From: an uncultured cyanobacterium
GTDB taxonomy: Bacteria; Cyanobacteriota; Cyanobacteriia; Cyanobacteriales; Nostocaceae
Direction: 5' to 3'
Length of the DNA: 64,000 bases
NCBI GenBank assembly: GCA_963740315.1
Contig: CAVUDP010000002.1
Coordinates: 1,120,001 to 1,184,000, forward strand
Shown here: piece after piece, positions 60,763-64,000 of the stretch
Layout of the letters: every line of letters starts with the position of its first letter
How positions within the stretch are numbered: the stretch's first letter is position 1
Made by a program: the position numbers and the translations under genes
Notes under the pieces: generated by a model
The model's input: the letters and a program-made list of their open reading frames with translations, nothing else
Database searches by the model: none
What the model was told of the DNA's origin: nothing

Positions 60763-63453
60763 ATGAAAAAAATTGTTTTTATATCTGGATTGGTAAGTGG
60801 TTTATTAACTTCAGGGTTCATTTTACCGGCTTCTTCTCAAGTAACTTCCGATAACACTACTAATACTACTATTAATCAAAACGGTAATAATTTCAATATT
60901 ATTAACGGTATTCAAAAAGGGAATAATTTATTTCACAGTTTTGGAGAGTTTTCTATTCCCAAAGGTGGTTCGGCAACTTTTAATAATTCTACCAACGTAG
61001 TAAATATCATTAACCGCGTGACGGGTGGTTCGATTTCTAATATTGATGGGTTAATTAAAGCTCAGGGAAATGCCAATTTATTTTTAATTAATCCTGCCGG
61101 AATTATATTTGGTGAGAATGCTTCTTTAGATATTGGTGGTTCTTTTTTCGGAAGTACCGCAGAAAGTATATTGTTTAAAAATGGATTTGAGTTTAGCGCG
61201 GTTAATCCTGAAGAAAAACCATTGTTAACAGTTAGCGTTCCTTTTGGGTTACAAATGGGGACTAATCCAGGAGCAATTAATAATCGTTCAACTGTCGATG
61301 GAGTAGGGCTGGAAGTTGCACCTGGAAGAAGTTTGGTATTGGCTGGCGGAACTATTGCCTTAGAAGGTGGAATGCGATCGCCAGGTGGACAAATCGAATT
61401 GTTGAGCGTTGCGGAAGCGGGAAGGTTAGATTTAACCATCGATGGCAACGATATACGTTTGAGTATGCCCAAAAACTTACAGCGAGCTGATGTATCGCTG
61501 AGCGATGGAGCGCAAGCCAACGTCAGCGGAACCCCTGGTGGCAGAATTACCGTTAAGGCTAACAATTTGAACTTGAGTGAAGGTAGCGAACTGCGATCGG
61601 GAATTTCAGGGATAGGCTTACCAGAATCTCAAGCGGGAAATATTGAGATTGATGCTGCCAACACCATAAATATGTATGAAAGCGGCATTCGTAATCAAGT
61701 AGCAACAGGTATGGTGGGAAATGCAGGCAATATTGACATTGTTACCGGCTCGCTGTTTGTGAACAACGGCAGCTACATTGTAACCAACACCAGAGGTACG
61801 GGTAATGCAGGTGAGGTGAATATTCAAGCTACAAAAACTGTTTCTTTTGATGGAGTAAATAGCTTTGGCTACGCTAGCGAACTTTTTACGGGTGTCAATG
61901 GGGGTGCGATTGGGAATGGCGGAGAACTTAATATTACGGCTGAATCGCTATACGTCGCAGATGGCGTTTATCTAGCTAGTAGTACCCTGGGAAGAGGAAA
62001 CGCAGGAACTATTAATTTCCAAACTAAAACTGCTACCTTCACTGGACAAGATGACAAGGGCAATTCAACCTTTGTATCAACTGCTGTTGCAACCGGAGGA
62101 ATCGGGATGGGAGGTGATTTGAATATCAAAACCGATGAACTTTTTGTTAAAGAAGGTGCTTTTCTATCTACTGCCACACTCGGAAAAGGTGATGGCGGCA
62201 CGATGAATATTGATGCTATTACTGCCAGTTTTGATGGATTCGGCAAAACAGGTGTAGCCAGCTTTGCATCGAGTGCGGTGAATCCAACTGCCGATGGCAA
62301 TGGTGGAACAATTAACATTAACGCAAATTTGCTTTCTGTGACTAACGGGGCGCTTTTAACCACAATTACGGGCAAACCTGGAAGTGCAGGTGATATTAAT
62401 GTAAATGCCAATCAACTCGAAGTCTTGAATGGTGGACAAATCTTATCCACGAGCTTTGGATCTGGAAAAGCAGGTAGGCTTACCTTTAATGTCAAAGATA
62501 AAATTATCTTATCTGGTAGCGATCCAATGTATTTCGAGCGCAGTCTGCTGCCAGGTTTCAATGACGCTTCTAATACCGGAGCCGCGAGTGGATTGTTTGC
62601 TAACACTGGTGAAGATGCAACGGGAGCGGGGGGAGACTTACAAATTCGCACGGGAAAATTATTAATTCAAGATGGTGCGAGTGTCAGCGTTAGCAATCTA
62701 GGCATGGGTAATGCTGGAAATCTGCTTGTTACCGCAGACTCAATTCGCTTGAGAAATGCTGCTAGTCTCAGCGCTGAAAGCCGAGCCGGTAGTCAAGGCA
62801 ATATTATTTTAAATGCTGGTGACTTGATTTTACGCGATGGCAGTAACGTTACAACGAATGCAATGGGTTTAGCGACTGGAGGTAATATTAAAATCGATTC
62901 TGCCGTTATTGCAGGCTTTGAAAATAGCGATATTTCTGCCAATGCTGTAGAAGGTAATGGTGGTCAAATTGATATTATTACTCAAGGTATATTCGGCTTA
63001 GAATTCCGTAACGAACTAACTGAAGAAAGTGATATTACCGCGAGTTCTGAATTTGGTGTAAACGGTACGGTAGCAATTAATAATATTAGTATCGATCCGA
63101 GTTCTGGTTTAGTAGAATTAGCCGTAGATTTAGTAGATGGATCGCAGCAAATTGCGTCGGGATGTTCTAATAACTCAGACAATACTTTTGTCGCAACCGG
63201 AAGAGGTGGAATACCAAAAAACCCCAACCAACAAGTTGATGTAAATCCAACTTGGTCGGATATTCGTGATTTATCAGCTTATCGCAAACAGAACAATAAT
63301 ACTGTTGAAAATACACAAATATCAAATAAACCAGCGATTGTAGAAGCTACTGGTTTTATCCGTAATGAAAACGGAGAAATTGAACTTGTTGCTGCTCAAA
63401 ATACATCTTTAAAAACAAAACAAGTTCCTAATTGCAGTGGATTAAGTACGTAA
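60763..63453 (+). CDS. Filamentous haemagglutinin (TPS-domain) family exoprotein
   Basis: Signal peptide, NLFHSF/NRVTG/INPAG motifs, GxAGxIxI beta-helix repeats and C-terminal SDITASS...FVATGRGGIP. Confidence 0.93.
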   Translation: MKKIVFISGLVSGLLTSGFILPASSQVTSDNTTNTTINQNGNNFNIINGIQKGNNLFHSFGEFSIPKGGSATFNNSTNVVNIINRVTGGSISNIDGLIKAQGNANLFLINPAGIIFGENASLDIGGSFFGSTAESILFKNGFEFSAVNPEEKPLLTVSVPFGLQMGTNPGAINNRSTVDGVGLEVAPGRSLVLAGGTIALEGGMRSPGGQIELLSVAEAGRLDLTIDGNDIRLSMPKNLQRADVSLSDGAQANVSGTPGGRITVKANNLNLSEGSELRSGISGIGLPESQAGNIEIDAANTINMYESGIRNQVATGMVGNAGNIDIVTGSLFVNNGSYIVTNTRGTGNAGEVNIQATKTVSFDGVNSFGYASELFTGVNGGAIGNGGELNITAESLYVADGVYLASSTLGRGNAGTINFQTKTATFTGQDDKGNSTFVSTAVATGGIGMGGDLNIKTDELFVKEGAFLSTATLGKGDGGTMNIDAITASFDGFGKTGVASFASSAVNPTADGNGGTININANLLSVTNGALLTTITGKPGSAGDINVNANQLEVLNGGQILSTSFGSGKAGRLTFNVKDKIILSGSDPMYFERSLLPGFNDASNTGAASGLFANTGEDATGAGGDLQIRTGKLLIQDGASVSVSNLGMGNAGNLLVTADSIRLRNAASLSAESRAGSQGNIILNAGDLILRDGSNVTTNAMGLATGGNIKIDSAVIAGFENSDISANAVEGNGGQIDIITQGIFGLEFRNELTEESDITASSEFGVNGTVAINNISIDPSSGLVELAVDLVDGSQQIASGCSNNSDNTFVATGRGGIPKNPNQQVDVNPTWSDIRDLSAYRKQNNNTVENTQISNKPAIVEATGFIRNENGEIELVAAQNTSLKTKQVPNCSGLST

Positions 63454-63536
63454 TAGCACGCTATTTAGATATTTGTGTTAGTAGCGTAAATAATTAGGGA
63501 ACCATAAATCCAGAAAGATAAAAATATTTTGACAAT

Positions 63537-64000
63537 ATGAAAAAGATTACATTTCTATCTGGATTAATAAGTGGTTTAATAACTTTGGGGATTGTTTTAC
63601 CAGCTTTTTCTCAGGTAACATCCGATAAAACTACTAATACAACTGTCAACTCAAACGGTAATAATTTCAATATTCTTAACGGTATTCAAAAAGGGAATAA
63701 TTTATTTCATAGTTTCAAAGAGTTTTCTATTCCCAGAGGTGGTGAGGCAACTTTCAATAATTCCACTTCGGTGATGAATATCATTAACCGGGTAACTGGT
63801 GGGAATATTTCTAATATTGATGGATTAATTAAATCTCAAGGTAATGCGAATTTATTTTTGATTAATCCTGCGGGGATTGTATTTGGTGAAAATGCTTCTT
63901 TGGATATTGGTGGTTCGTTTTTTGGAAGTACCGCACAAAGTATTTTGTTTAAAGATGGGTTTGAGTTTAGTGCTGTTAATTCTCAAGAGAAGCCATTATT
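63537..64000 (+). CDS. Third filamentous haemagglutinin family gene (partial, runs off window end)
   Basis: ATG 63537 MKKITFLSGLIS...SQVTSD...NLFHSFKEFSIP...NRVTGG, near-identical to the N-termini of the two upstream paralogs. Confidence 0.9.
   Translation, partial: MKKITFLSGLISGLITLGIVLPAFSQVTSDKTTNTTVNSNGNNFNILNGIQKGNNLFHSFKEFSIPRGGEATFNNSTSVMNIINRVTGGNISNIDGLIKSQGNANLFLINPAGIVFGENASLDIGGSFFGSTAQSILFKDGFEFSAVNSQEKPL

Overview
AT-rich chromosomal window from a cyanobacterium. Evidence: frequent HIP1 octamers (GCGATCGC), psb29, ndhS, cpcT and ftrV, and abundant heptamer/octamer tandem repeats (STRR); a filamentous Nostocales-type host is my inference. Most of the window is housekeeping: rplY, purA, add, mutL, cinA, ugd, a UDP-glucuronate decarboxylase, rodA, mrp, hemF, exbBD, mgtE, trxA-like thioredoxin and pyrB. 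The standout is a minus-strand accessory operon at about 16.5-20.3 kb that looks like a eukaryote-like ubiquitination pathway. It encodes a broken E1, a ubiquitin-like protein ending ...LEAG-C, an E2 with the HPN motif and catalytic Cys, an Rpn11-like JAB peptidase, a RING-like/TPR/OB-fold candidate E3 and a degenerate PIN protein. Four of these proteins share a short I-x-[WF]-x-[DE] motif. Other points of interest: an Rpn-family gene with stand-alone C-terminal copies bracketing a two-component/Trk K+ uptake operon, a highly structured mgtE leader, a structured RNA candidate upstream of ftrV, and a tandem array of filamentous-haemagglutinin-family genes. All calls come from reading sequence motifs by eye; no database searches were run.
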